DNA from: Eledone cirrhosa
Taxonomy: Eukaryota
Length of the DNA stretch: 64,000 nt
Reading direction: 5' to 3'
Assembly (NCBI GenBank): GCA_964016885.1
Contig: OZ024743.1
Span: 260,524,001 to 260,588,000 of the forward strand
The number at the start of each line of letters is the position of its first letter. Position 1 is the stretch's first letter. Shown piece after piece: positions 29,040 to 40,773 of this stretch. A program made the translations under genes and the position numbers. The notes under the pieces are model-generated. The model searched no databases, had not been told where the DNA came from, and saw nothing but the letters and a program-made list of their open reading frames with translations.

Positions 29040-29245
29040 AAATTAAAAAATAGAAGCTTTCACCGTATTCTTTTTACTAAAGAAATTTTAGCCTGATAGT
29101 AGGGTTTAGAACCCTCAGAGAAATCGAAAAAGATGAGTATTGACGTCAATATTCATCTTTTTCGATTTCTCTGAGGGTTCTAAACCCTACTATCAGGCTA
29201 AAATTTCTTTAGTAAAAAAAATACGGTGAAAGCTTCTATTTTCTA

Positions 29246-29250
<5 letters not shown>
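29040..29250. repeat. spacer-less palindrome with ~105-bp arms between (TA)n tracts
   Basis: Centred on GACGTC at ~29142-29147; the arms differ at only a few positions. Confidence 0.93.
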
Positions 29251-29321
<71 letters not shown>

Positions 29322-29322
29322 T

Positions 29323-29775
29323 AACAGAGCTCTGTCAGCTTTATCTCCCCTTGTTTGCTGAAAATTTAAAGTAAGTGAGACTGTCACTACTCTAAAACAA
29401 TAGCGTAAGGTCTTCGAAATACTTTTAATTAAGCATACAGTGTATTGCAAAATACACTATATATACATTCATATATATATAGCTATTTCAGTGCACCAAT
29501 TCTAATTTTCCATTTCTGCTTGACCGGCAACCGCTCTGTGTAATCAGTTCCTGATTATTACTAGAATTCTATAAGAATTAAACATTCATGATTTTCAGCA
29601 AACAGGTGGAGTACTTAGCTTTGATAAGTACCAAAAAGTACGAAACAGAGCTCTGTCAGCTTTATCTCCCCTTGTTTGCTTAAAATTTAAAGTAAGTGAG
29701 ACTGTCACTTCTCTAAAACAATAGCGTAAGGTCTTCGAAATGCTTTTAATTAAGCATACAGTGTATTGCAAAATA

Positions 29776-29780
<5 letters not shown>
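29323..29780 (+). mobile_element. small non-coding partial-tandem element (321-bp period), retrozyme/pseudo-LTR-like
   Basis: 29323-29460 is repeated at 29644-29781; the repeat begins at hammerhead helix III; flanked by (TA)n. Confidence 0.75.
29598..29679 (+). ncRNA. type I hammerhead ribozyme (U3-A8 covariant core)
   Basis: AGCT-TTGATAA-GTAC CAAAAA GTAC-GAA-ACAGAGCTCTGT-C/AGCT; distal helix I AGCAAACAGGTGGAG / CTCCCCTTGTTTGCT; predicted cleavage after 29657. Confidence 0.88.
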
Positions 29781-29818
<38 letters not shown>

Positions 29819-30899
29819 GGACTTCAGTACGCTGTCAGGGGAGTTCATAATATAAGAAACTATCAAATTATCTATTTATAAGTACAACAACTGACTCCAT
29901 ACGAAGAGACAAGGCTGAAGGCAGAAAAGTGAATCCGATAAAGAGAAGAGTTGTGAGTGCCAAACAATAAACAAAATGAAGTGACTCGCAGGCAATAAAT
30001 AAACAAACTAGAATTAGTTTAAGAGGGGACTAAAAATTATCTCCTATCAATAACTTAAGCCTGTAACATAGCATAAAGGTGTTTGCATATAATATAATAT
30101 TAGTAATCAATAATTTACATATATTGTATTCCGCGGGACATCATCAGCTGTCGGCTAGGAGTTTGTCACAGCTGACAGTATTATTGTCTCCCATATGTCA
30201 CAGACCATATATTGGTATGGACTTCAACAATCTGGCAGATATGAAGATTTCATTATTTCATTATATTTCAGCAAGCCATGCAAAGATTTCATGATGCGGT
30301 GAACAAATTGGCGAATACGTTACTCGGACGAATGACGAGAGGGTTGTGTTAAAAGAGAGCCATTTCATCTCGGAGCGCTCATTCTTAAGGATGTCTGTTT
30401 TTATCCCGATGAAATTGAGTGGGGGATCTTTCAAGGACCCAGGAAGCCGAATGCTTCTATTGTTATAGGTCTGAAAAAAACTATTGGAGAGCAGCCGGTA
30501 TTTTGTCATATTGCGATCTTCGACCGCTACAGATTTTCAGTAGTCGTTTTCGGACACCAGCCATGCCCTGTCATCTCAGTGCCGATTGTTTGGTTAGGCC
30601 GATGGGACGCAAAATACCAGGCAGCATCTTCTCGTTCCGAATCAGCGCGTCTTAAATCAAGTTTGCGGCCTGCAACAGTACATACTCCAGCCGAAAGCTG
30701 ATTTACATTGGTTTCAGTAACATATGAAAGAAAACTATTAAATTATGATAATACACCCCCTCCTACCGCTGTCTCATTTGCCCATTAAATCAGGGGTTTC
30801 GAACACGTGATCTACAAACTACATTTCTATGGCTCGGAACAGAACATTTGAAACGGAAAATATTTTCCCTTATATTTTTTACTAATTCATATTGATGAA

Positions 30900-31345
30900 A
30901 AAAATAATAGCAGTATTGCAGATTAGCATTTTAACTGGTGGAAAACCGCACCTTAATTTTGGCCACCTGTGTCTCTTCCTCGGGATGTAATGGCTCTTTT
31001 GAATCCTTGAAATTGTGTCACCTGCATTATTTAATCATTGGTTTCTTTTATAGAACGGATCTGGTAGTTATCTTTTGATTTAGTAGACATGAATTGGCCT
31101 CTCCGCATCCCTCGTGCACAATTCTTCAGATAGTGTGCCTTGAGATGTTCAGCTCCTTACAAATGGCACTAATTCACTTTCTGGGGATATTATCAATAAG
31201 TTTCTGCACATTTCGTACACTTAGCAGGCGTTATACGTTTGGTTACTGCTGTAGAATTCACATCAGCAGCTTCAAGCTCATTACAAACTTTAATATCAAA
31301 CGACCGAGAAATTTGATGAGATAGCTTCATATCTGTCATCATTTA
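30900..31345 (-). pseudogene. Tc1/mariner-type transposase remnant (N-terminal HTH region)
   Basis: Minus strand gives RSFDIKVCNELEAADVNSTAVTKR..VQKLIDNIPRK*ISAICKELNISRHTI*RIVHE..MRRGQFMS, resembling Tc1/mariner DNA-binding regions; contains stops and deletions. Confidence 0.6.
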
Positions 31346-31435
31346 TCTGAAAAGAAAGGATAATCAGAACAAGTTATGAAAGCGTTAACGTTATTAAATG
31401 GCGTGTCCTGTTTACTTGTAAACAAACCGAACAAT

Positions 31436-31625
31436 AATAATTGTTTCTACTTTTCGCACTAGGCCAGAAATTACCCAGTGCATTACTGGTATTTTGTTTT
31501 ATCGACCCCGTAAGGATGAAAGGCAAAGTTAACCTCGGCGGGATTTGAACTCAGAATGGCAAGGGCCGTAACTCTATGCGTCAAAGCATGGTGTCCAACC
31601 CTCTACTGATAATGCCAATCCACCA
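31436..31625 (-). mobile_element. SINE family A, young copy with TSD ACAATAATAAT
   Basis: Near full length; ACAATAATAAT on both sides. Confidence 0.9.
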
Positions 31626-31670
31626 CAATAATAATGTTGAAACAATTATTATAATATTATTATTATTCAC

Positions 31671-31872
<202 letters not shown>

Positions 31873-32014
31873 TCATTAGTTAAGCAAAACAAGACCACAA
31901 ATTTCACAAGGAAGACATTATTAAAAGATTGTCAACATATTTTAGTTTGATGTAAGGAATGTAGAGAATAATAATAATAATATTAATAATAATAATTTTC
32001 GTTTACAATTGTTT

Positions 32015-33942
32015 ATAGAGAACCCATCTATTAGACTTATAAGCCCAACCACATCTGACATGAGTCGTATCAGTAAGAACATCCTTGATAGGATAATCCC
32101 TGGGCTACGGGATGATATCACCTACAAGTTGTGGTCCAACCCCGGCCAAGTCAGTAGATGGTTCTCCGATCTAAGGTCCAAGCATTCTATGAGGTTCATC
32201 CAATTTGACATCGACAGCTATTACGCTTCAATAACTCCGGAACTGCTCAACAAAGCATTAACCCTAGCCAGCACCAACTCGGACATAACTAATAATGAGA
32301 TTAACATCATACTTATGGCTAGGCAGACTATCATTGAATTCAACGGACCACTCTGGACTAGAAAAGATAGAACAGACAACTTTGACATCACGATGGGCTC
32401 AAGTGACTCTGCGCAAATCACCGATTTAGTTGGAATTTACCTATTACATAACATCAGAGCCGAAAACCAACCCTTGCAAGGCGGAATATACAGGGACGAC
32501 GCCCTATTTGCAGTCCACAATTGCACTAATCGGGGCATTGATTTGCTAAAAAAACAATTACATAGATTCTTTAAAAATAACGGTCTCCCTGTCACCATCG
32601 AGCCGAACCATAAAGTAATAAACTTCCTAGACGTCACCCTGGATCTCAACAATAACCTATATTACCAGGTGAAATACTCACATATATTAGCCCACACTCT
32701 AACCACCCACCGGCAGTCATCAGATCAGTAATCAAATCTATCTCGTATAGGATCTCCATGCTATCAGCAAATGAGGAGATATTTATAAACCATGCACAAT
32801 ATTATAATAAGGCTCTTTCTAAATCTGGTTATGAACAATCCATTTACTACATACCTAAATGCCATAACACAGCAATTCACCATAATAAACTTAACACGAG
32901 AACTAGAAATACCTTAGCATATAGCCAGATTCGCTGGAATTTTTGCAGTAACAGCACCTATACAGGGAAGTTTAATGGTGGCAGCAGCCTGCTTCCCACT
33001 CCAAGTAGCAAACTAAAAATCAACCCTAGAATAGGAATGAGAAATGGGATGACAAATAACAAATCCGCAGGTAATAATAATCCTAGGAAGGCCCCTACCA
33101 ACTCCACTAGAACCCCTAGAAGGAATAGACCTAGAAATATCACCTGGCTTAACCCCCCATTCTCATCTAATCTAGCCAATAATATCCCTAAACACTTCTT
33201 CTCTATCTTATTTAAACAGCCCCCCACCCCCCACCCCCACCCCCAACGATAGATATTACAAACACTTTAATAAAAATAACATTAAAATCTCATTCTCCAC
33301 AACACCTAACCTAGCTAGCCACATCGCATTCAGTAACCATCATAAACTAAGACAGTATAACTCCCACACCGCGGTACCACCACCCCTATCAAATACACCA
33401 CGCCACTACACCAATAATTACTCTAGTAGCACACCTCCCCATCTAATCCTTCTAGCACTGACCACCAGCTTAGGTTAAACTACCCTACTCTCACTAACCG
33501 CAGAAGCAACTGCAACTGCCGTTACCCTAATGCATGCCCATTAAATGGACACTGCCTGACACCCAACATAGTCTATAGGTGCACTGTTAAAACTGCTTCG
33601 AATACCACTTCTTATATCGGGTCTACCTCTAACCCTTTTAAGGTACGCTATAACGCGCACTCTTTTTCCTTCCGAGACCCTAGCTACAGATGTTCGACAT
33701 CTCTAGCTAGGCTCATTAAAAACCTTAAATTAAGCAACATTGAACACTCACTAAAATGGGATATCGTAGCTAGGGCCCAACCGTTCAATGGACGAAGAAA
33801 ATCTTGTGATCTCTGTATTACCGAAGCATATTACATAACTCTATCACGACCTCTACCGATTAACGATAGAACGGAGGTAACTATTAGCTGTCAACATCGA
33901 AGGGCTAATTCCTTCGCCAATAGAATATTTGACCCAACATAG
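32015..33942 (+). pseudogene. Penelope-like RT + C-terminal GIY-YIG endonuclease, frameshifted
   Basis: FDIDSYYASI, MGSSDSAQ, IYRDD and NFLDVTLDL RT motifs; CNCRYPNACPLNGHCL..IVYRC..SYIGSTS..RYNAH..CDLC..CQH; frameshifts near 32660 and 33250. Confidence 0.9.
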
Positions 33943-34320
33943 TCATCTAGCCCCATTTTTACTTGTACCTAATAAGTTAAATAGCTATAACTAACTTAGA
34001 TAATTATAAGTTACCTCCCCCACATTGTCTCTCAATTAAAAGATTTTTAAATTAGCACTTAACTATAAACTACCCACAATTTCTAATCTCTCGAGGAGTT
34101 ACTTCCCCTGAAACCACCCTCTAATTAGTAAGGTAAATAAGTCATTTGGCGGCCATCTTGTTACCCATAGGCAGATCTCACACAATGCAGTTTCGACAGA
34201 TGAATACTGCTTGATTATGGCTGACAATTGATACAACCAGGACACCATAGTGAAATACCAATATATGGAACATTACATTATGTAACATTCTCTTCTTATT
34301 TTAATTTATATTCCTTTGAA

Positions 34321-34443
34321 GTTCCGATGAGCTGCTCTGTTTTTAAATATGTTAATTATTTTCAACTGAACCAGATCAATAATGATATATATTCATCTGA
34401 TCCAGAAATATTATATGGAGTAGCGAAACAATTGTAAACGGAC
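34321..34443 (+). ncRNA. hammerhead motif with long helix II in the PLE 3' pseudo-LTR
   Basis: GTT-CCGATGA-GCTGCTC..(80 nt)..GAGTAGC-GAA-ACAATTGT-A/AAC; palindromic helix III; U4C deviation. Confidence 0.75.
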
Positions 34444-35032
34444 ATTATTATTATTAATATTATTATTATTATTATCTACATTCCTTACATCAAACTAAAA
34501 TATGCTGACAATCTTTTAATAATGTCTTCCTTGTGAAATTTGTGGTCTTGTTTTGCTTAACTAATGAATATTTCCAGCTCTGCGCGCCTAACTTCTGCAT
34601 GAACCCAGCCACCTAGCTGCTTTCTACTGCATATTGCACATCAAGCACATGCCTTTACGCTTTGGCTTCTAACTAATTCACCAATCTCTCCTCTCCTATC
34701 TCCTCTCCTATCTCCAGCTCTCTCTTTAAAATCGGTTACTCGGATGGTTATATATATATATATATAACCATCCGTGTGGATCGAATCGATAGATTTGGCA
34801 GAACAGAATTGGCTTCAACAGCATTAAGTGCTTTATCCTAATAGTGCTATTCTGGTAACATACTAATTACGTACGAGTGACTCGCCATCAAGATCTGCGA
34901 ACAAAGCTAAGTTCAGATTCCCTAGAAATAGAAAAAATATTATTTGAAAAATAAGAAGAATTAAGAAAAATATCAAATAACTAAAATACTACCAACATCA
35001 ACGCATCCATCCGACTGCTACTGCATTGCTCG

Positions 35033-35061
35033 AATAATAATAATAATAATAATAATAATAA

Positions 35062-35101
<40 letters not shown>
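35033..35101. repeat. (TAA)n at the 3' end of the Tx1-like LINE
   Basis: Read directly from the sequence. Confidence 0.95.
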
Positions 35102-35102
<1 letters not shown>

Positions 35103-35344
35103 TTTTCTTTATTAACCACAAGGGTTCACATAAAGTAGACATTAAGGACAGTACAGGACAATACAGGACGGTACAAATGGGCATTTCTGCGTGTAAAAAA
35201 ACAGAGGTTGAAATAAAATAACAAAGAAAAATTCCCCAATAGGGGGGAGACTTCCAAGGGACATTTGTGGAGAAAGCCCATTAAAAGACCACAGTGGCCC
35301 TGACCACCAGGGCAAGTGCCCTCTCCCAGTTTTCCACCTTTAAT

Positions 35345-38300
35345 TTACAGACACATATTCAGAGAAGGCCCATTCATTCGGGCCATACTTGCTTCTCTTA
35401 CCCATCTTTCAACAAAATGCTGGGAAGAGAGCACTTCCCTCTCTACCCTGATTTTCCTTTTCAAATGAAATTTGAAAAAGTTAATCAGGGCATCACCGAA
35501 GAGGTAAGTGCTCGTCTTCAGCCCTTTCAAACGTGTCCACCATACTATCTCTTTCGCCATGGCCACCAGACAGATAAAAACTGCCTGCCCTTCCAGGCTA
35601 AAGGAAGGGGGCGGGGCAATCCTCACGATGGACTCAGCTGATAGCCGGATAGTTCCTACACGTGACAGCAGGTGTTCGACATAAACCCACAAGTCAGCAA
35701 TGCTCGGACACTGGACGAGTGCGTGCAGGACGGTTTCGTCGCCCTGCGCGCATCTCGGACATGCCCGGCTGACGGCACCTCCATGCCTGTAGAGTTTATC
35801 CCGAACTGGCAAAGCTCCTCGGTAGCACTGCCAGGCCAGGGATTTCTGGAAGTTGTCCATAGGCCCCGGCCCGAAAGTCCTTCCGAAGAGATTGGCTAGT
35901 TGATTTTCGTCGACGCCTAGAGTTTCTCCAAGTACGTCGTCGCTCTTCCCCTCCACTAATCCCCTATAGAACGCCAAGGTGGAGTTTCCACCGATCACAT
36001 TGCCCGATTGGTCGAGGGCTGTGAGCGCCTGAAGACATTCCAGTCTCCAAGCGCTCCCTCTCGGTCTTCGCTTGACCCAGGACTGCAGCTCCGTCAAGGA
36101 GACGAGCTGGGGAAAAACGTGTCTTGCAAACGGCGACCACACCTGATCACCGTCGAGGAAGAGGTGGAGATGTCGTAGCCTGAGCGCGTGTCTGCGCATC
36201 ATCAGCCACGGCATGCCCAGCCCTCCACGTAGCGGGTGTTGACAGCAGATGGACCGCCTGACCATCGGAGCGCGTCCCTTCCACAAGAAGCGAAAGAGCA
36301 AACGCTCCAGCGCAGTCAGGCGGGGCTTAGGACAAGGTACGACGGTCAGGCGGTAGTAGATGACGGATGCGATGTACGCATTCGCCACCTCCGCTCGACC
36401 TTTCAGGGATAGCTTCCTCTCCGCCCATTTCTGGGTGAGAGAAGCCACCCTGCTCGTCACCTCGTCCCAGTTTTTGTCCGTCTGGAGGTCTGGACCGAAC
36501 CAGACCCCTAGCAATTTAACCGGTCCGTCCGTCCAGCGCCCGACGAGGCTGTTGGACGGCATGGACCTGCCTCTCCAGGTGCCGAGCTGCAGGCCCACTG
36601 ACTTTTCCTGGTTGATCATTGCTCCTGTCACCGCTTCGTATTCTCTTAGTGTAGTGCCGATCGCCTCGATGTGTTTGGCGTTCGACACCACTACGGTGAC
36701 ATCGTCGGCATATGCTGACACGGATCTTCCGCATCCTAGTTCGCGCGGGACCCCCCTCAACGTCTCCAGTTTGTGCAGTAATGGCTCGAGAGTCAATACG
36801 TACAATAGGGACGAGAGGGGACATCCTTGGCGGACCGAGCGCATGATGTTGAACGGTTCCGAAAGGTGACCGTTCACTCTCACTACAGAGCAGATGTCGC
36901 TGTGCATGGCAGCGATCCAGCCTCTGAAGACGGGCCCAAAGCCAGCCGCCCTCAGGACTGCCGCTAGGTAACGATGGTCGACCCTATCGAAGGCTTTCGA
37001 CTGATCTAAATTGATCAAAGACCCACCCGTGCCAGGTTCCCAAGCTACCCTCTCTACGATGTATCGCATGAGGTGGAGGTTGTCGTGGATGGATCTGTCG
37101 GGAATGGCGCATGTCTGTGCCTCTCCCACCAGACCACCAACGACAAGCGCCAACCTCTTTGCTAGCACCTTGGCCAAAATCTTGAACTCTGTGTTTAGCA
37201 GAGTTATGGGCCTAAAATTATCTATGTTATCCCCCTTGTTCGGATCCTTTCTCAGCAGCGCCACCGCTCCTCGCCTCACAGAGCTGGGAATTCTCCCGGT
37301 CTGTTGCCAGTTGCAGTAGACGTCCGCCAAGAGGCCTCCGAACAAGTTTGGCATTTGTACGTAAAGTTCATAGGGCAGACCATCCAAACCAGGCGATTTA
37401 CCCCTTGTGCAACTAGTCATTGCATCCCGTACTTCAGCGGTTGTTATCGGCTTTTCGCAACACTCCGCCTCAGTGGCCGAAAGCCGCGGCAGTCCGTCGA
37501 GGTAGACACTAAAGTCCATCCCTCGATCCGGCCCGCCACTGCCCCCGAACAGTTGAGCGAAGTGTCGCTGAAAAGCTTCACACATTTGCCCGGGATCGAG
37601 TAGCATGCGCCCGTCGTGGTCCACCAAAGACCGGATCGCCTCCGCCACTCGGGCCCATTGAACGGCTTTCGTTCCCTCGTGTCTGAGAGCACGCACCCTA
37701 GCTCTGACAACGCAGCCTTCGTGCTTTGCATTGAAGAATTGGTCAAGGGCCAATTTCGCCGCAAGTACGTCGGTCGCGATGCCTTTGCTAAGCGCCTCAT
37801 CTAATTTTCTAACTAATTCTCCCTCTGCTCTATTTTTCTCTATTGCTAAAGTCTTACTAAACCTAATGGACTCTATTCTAATTGCTCTTTTCAGAGCAAA
37901 CCACCACTTGTTGTTGACGATGGCCCCCGTCAACGCCCGCTTAACTAGTTCGCTAATCCGGTCTCTGTAGGCCTTGCGCGCTGGTAAGGACGCGTTTAGC
38001 TTCCAGTAGCCGGGTCCTCGTCTATGAAGCCTATCTAAGTCAAGCACACAGATCACGAATTTGTGGTCCGTGTAGCTGACTATCTTGAATTGTGGACAGC
38101 CTATGCTAGACCTATCTATTTCCCTACAAAATACTCTATCTAGATATGATCTGGATGACCCTATGCGATTTGTCCAAGTCCACATTGGTACATTCGGGAA
38201 ATCCATTCGGTACCTGTCAGACAGTTCAAAACGTCTGAGCAGGTTGGTGAGACTCTTGCACCCTCCTTCCCTATCCACTAATCCCACACAATCCCAGCGT

Positions 38301-38743
38301 GCATCTAAGATCCCGTTCCAGTCGCCCACTAACACTAAAGAGCGGGACGTTCCAAGAAAGGTCTCCAGACGCCGGAAGAAATCAGGCCGCCCTGCTCCTG
38401 TCGGGGCATAGACGGCCACTAACCTGAAAGCTTGCCCGTCTCCGCTGGTCACGTCCAGCACCACCAACTTACCTTCTGGGTCCAGGAAGATAGCCCGTAT
38501 GGCAAGATCCAAACCTCTCCGAAAAAGCACAGCAACTCCACCCTCCGATCCCGGACGGCTGGGAGATGCGTACACATCGTAGCCGCCGAAGATCGGTGCG
38601 AAAGCCTGTGCTTCGGAGATTCTGGTCTCGCTGATGGCCACTACATCTATGTTTAGTGACCTGAGGTCGTTGAGCAGGTGGCCCTGCTTCCATGACGACC
38701 CCAAGCCACGCGCATTTATGCTGCCTAATCTGAGTGAGGTCAT
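35345..38743 (-). CDS. ORF2: APE endonuclease + reverse transcriptase + C-terminal zinc-binding region (1132 aa)
   Basis: SINARGL, SET, VYAP, GDWN, LDR and TDH (APE); KSPGLDGL, FRPITLLN, DQSKAFDRV, RQGCPLS and YADD (RT); CPRC..ETVLHALVQC. Confidence 0.95.
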   Translation of the reverse strand: MTSLRLGSINARGLGSSWKQGHLLNDLRSLNIDVVAISETRISEAQAFAPIFGGYDVYASPSRPGSEGGVAVLFRRGLDLAIRAIFLDPEGKLVVLDVTSGDGQAFRLVAVYAPTGAGRPDFFRRLETFLGTSRSLVLVGDWNGILDARWDCVGLVDREGGCKSLTNLLRRFELSDRYRMDFPNVPMWTWTNRIGSSRSYLDRVFCREIDRSSIGCPQFKIVSYTDHKFVICVLDLDRLHRRGPGYWKLNASLPARKAYRDRISELVKRALTGAIVNNKWWFALKRAIRIESIRFSKTLAIEKNRAEGELVRKLDEALSKGIATDVLAAKLALDQFFNAKHEGCVVRARVRALRHEGTKAVQWARVAEAIRSLVDHDGRMLLDPGQMCEAFQRHFAQLFGGSGGPDRGMDFSVYLDGLPRLSATEAECCEKPITTAEVRDAMTSCTRGKSPGLDGLPYELYVQMPNLFGGLLADVYCNWQQTGRIPSSVRRGAVALLRKDPNKGDNIDNFRPITLLNTEFKILAKVLAKRLALVVGGLVGEAQTCAIPDRSIHDNLHLMRYIVERVAWEPGTGGSLINLDQSKAFDRVDHRYLAAVLRAAGFGPVFRGWIAAMHSDICSVVRVNGHLSEPFNIMRSVRQGCPLSSLLYVLTLEPLLHKLETLRGVPRELGCGRSVSAYADDVTVVVSNAKHIEAIGTTLREYEAVTGAMINQEKSVGLQLGTWRGRSMPSNSLVGRWTDGPVKLLGVWFGPDLQTDKNWDEVTSRVASLTQKWAERKLSLKGRAEVANAYIASVIYYRLTVVPCPKPRLTALERLLFRFLWKGRAPMVRRSICCQHPLRGGLGMPWLMMRRHALRLRHLHLFLDGDQVWSPFARHVFPQLVSLTELQSWVKRRPRGSAWRLECLQALTALDQSGNVIGGNSTLAFYRGLVEGKSDDVLGETLGVDENQLANLFGRTFGPGPMDNFQKSLAWQCYRGALPVRDKLYRHGGAVSRACPRCAQGDETVLHALVQCPSIADLWVYVEHLLSRVGTIRLSAESIVRIAPPPSFSLEGQAVFICLVAMAKEIVWWTRLKGLKTSTYLFGDALINFFKFHLKRKIRVEREVLSSQHFVERWVREASMARMNGPSLNMCL

Positions 38744-38777
38744 GTTGAAAAGGAGTGGAAAAGATGGGAAAGACCAC

Positions 38778-40773
38778 TTACCTTACTTCTCGTAGGGGAA
38801 GGACGGTTTTTCCATCCTTTTCACTGCTTGTGGCCTCCTCAGGAAGGATGTCCTTATAAATCCTCCTGGAGAGTGCTTGTCGGAAGTCTCCGATGTCTTT
38901 GGGGAATTTTTGTTTTAGTGTCATGTACGTTTTCTGTGTGATGCGAGTGATTTGTATGTGTGGAGGTGGTGTGAATTTTGGGGTTGTTGTGTAGTCTTTT
39001 TCTGTGATGCTGGTGTTGTGTTGGATGTAGTGTAATAATTGCTTGTTGTTCAAATTTAATGCTGTGTAGTGAGTATCGTTTTGGTTGTTTTGTTTTGTTT
39101 GCGTTTGTTGTGGGTTTGATTCTGTTTCGCATTTTGGTGACTTTTGTGGTGTAGGTGATGGTGGTGTTGGGGTTAATGATGGTGATGGAGTTGATGTTTG
39201 GGTTGATGGGGTTGGTGATGCTGGTGTGGATAGTGGCATATCTGTCCTAACTTTTTTGTTTCTTAATTTATTTGTTTCCCTCTGTATTTTGTTTTTGGAG
39301 GGGGAAGGAAGAGAATTTTTTCTTTTTTGGTTTCTTTTTTTTTTCCGGATATCGTTTCCCACTCCTCGTCGTCACAATCTGTCTCCAGTTGTGATAGGCC
39401 GGGGAGTGGAAAATCGTCCACAGCCGTTAGTTTTGGTTGTGGCGTGGTGGATGGTGTAAGCGCTGGGGCTAGTTCTGAAGCGTTGGGTGGTGGTGGTGTT
39501 GGTTTTGCTGGTGGTGGTGGTGGTGGTGGTTTTGCTACTGTTGCTGGGGTTGTTGCTGTTATAGTTGCTTCTGTTGTTGCTGCTACAGTTGTTGCTGCCA
39601 TCTCTGCTACTGGTGGTGTTGATGGTTGTGTCACTGGGGTGGGTAGGAGAGGTGGCCTCAACCTTTTAGCCTGAGGGCAGAAAGCCCTTAGGTGGGTTCC
39701 TTCACCACAAACGACACACCTAGGTCTTCTGCCCTCGACAATTACCGTGAGGTGGCTGCCGTCAGTGAGGTCTATTACCTCTGGGATCTCCTCAATGCTT
39801 TTTTGGTCCGCTTGGATCAGGAGCTCCATCCCAGATCCGGACCAGTTTTCCTGCTTTTCTTTTGCTATTGCTATTATTTTCGTGTTGGCTTCGATGCCGG
39901 CGAGGACGGCCGCTATTAGCCAGGGAATTTCGATGGCCGGTTGAACGTGGGTCACCCTGATCTTTACGAGTCTCTGGCCACAATAGCTTGGGACGAGTGT
40001 GAAGTCGTCACTTTTTAATGGGGCCATGGAGTGTTCTCTAGCCTCCTCTGGTGTTTCAAAGAACACGTCCACGGTTCCATACTTTTGCCCACGTCTGATG
40101 TGGGTTTTTCTTGCCCACACATGTCCCAAAGCTTTTTGGATTTGGGACTCGGATGCCCGTTCCACTCGGCGCGATTTTACATTTATTGTTCTATACGACA
40201 CGGTGCATAGGCGCCGATGCTCCATTTTATTAGGTGGGGGGGTGAGGCTGACCCTGTACCCATATTTCTTTACCATTTGTTTGGCATTTTCTAAATCCTC
40301 CTGAGTTACCGTAAATGCTTCGAATTGTTTTGCTACTCTGGCGAAACTGAGGGTCGGTTTTATAATGTCATTGTTGTTGTTGTTGCTATCGTTATTTGTG
40401 TTAATATTAATTTTAGTTTCAGTTGTGGTGGTGGTGACGTCAGTCGTCTTTGGTGGGGAAGAGTCCATTTTGCTTGATTTCATTTCGACATCACGAGTTA
40501 ATTTATTTTTTTCTTCTTTTGTTTCTGTTGTCGCGGTGGTGGTGGGGGTGGGGGTTGTCGCGGTGGTGGTGGTGGTGGAGGCTTTAACACCTGCAGTCAT
40601 TGGTAATGGCGGGAAATGAATGTCTGCCTGAGACAAATTTAAAATATTGCTAGTGCTTTTATTTTTTTTTTTGTGTTGGCAAACGTAGTAACATTTACAA
40701 TGGTGGTGTCGGTGTCAGGTGTTAATTTGTGAGGAAAGCTTTCAGCTGCTTCGTGCAGAGGTGAATTAGCCAT
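38778..40773 (-). CDS. ORF1 (RRM-like region + CCHC zinc knuckle), reconstructed across two 1-nt poly-A frameshifts, ~665 aa
   Basis: ATG at 40773 (MANSPL..); adding one A to each run at 40662-40672 and 39335-39344 joins three track ORFs; KYGTVDVFF RNP1-like motif and CVVCGEGTHLRAFC; ends ~35 nt before the ORF2 ATG. Confidence 0.8.

Noticed and set aside
30261-30680. GC-richer unique segment with short ORFs and a minus-strand acceptor-like TTGCAG
   Set aside because: No recognisable protein motif; reading frames are short.
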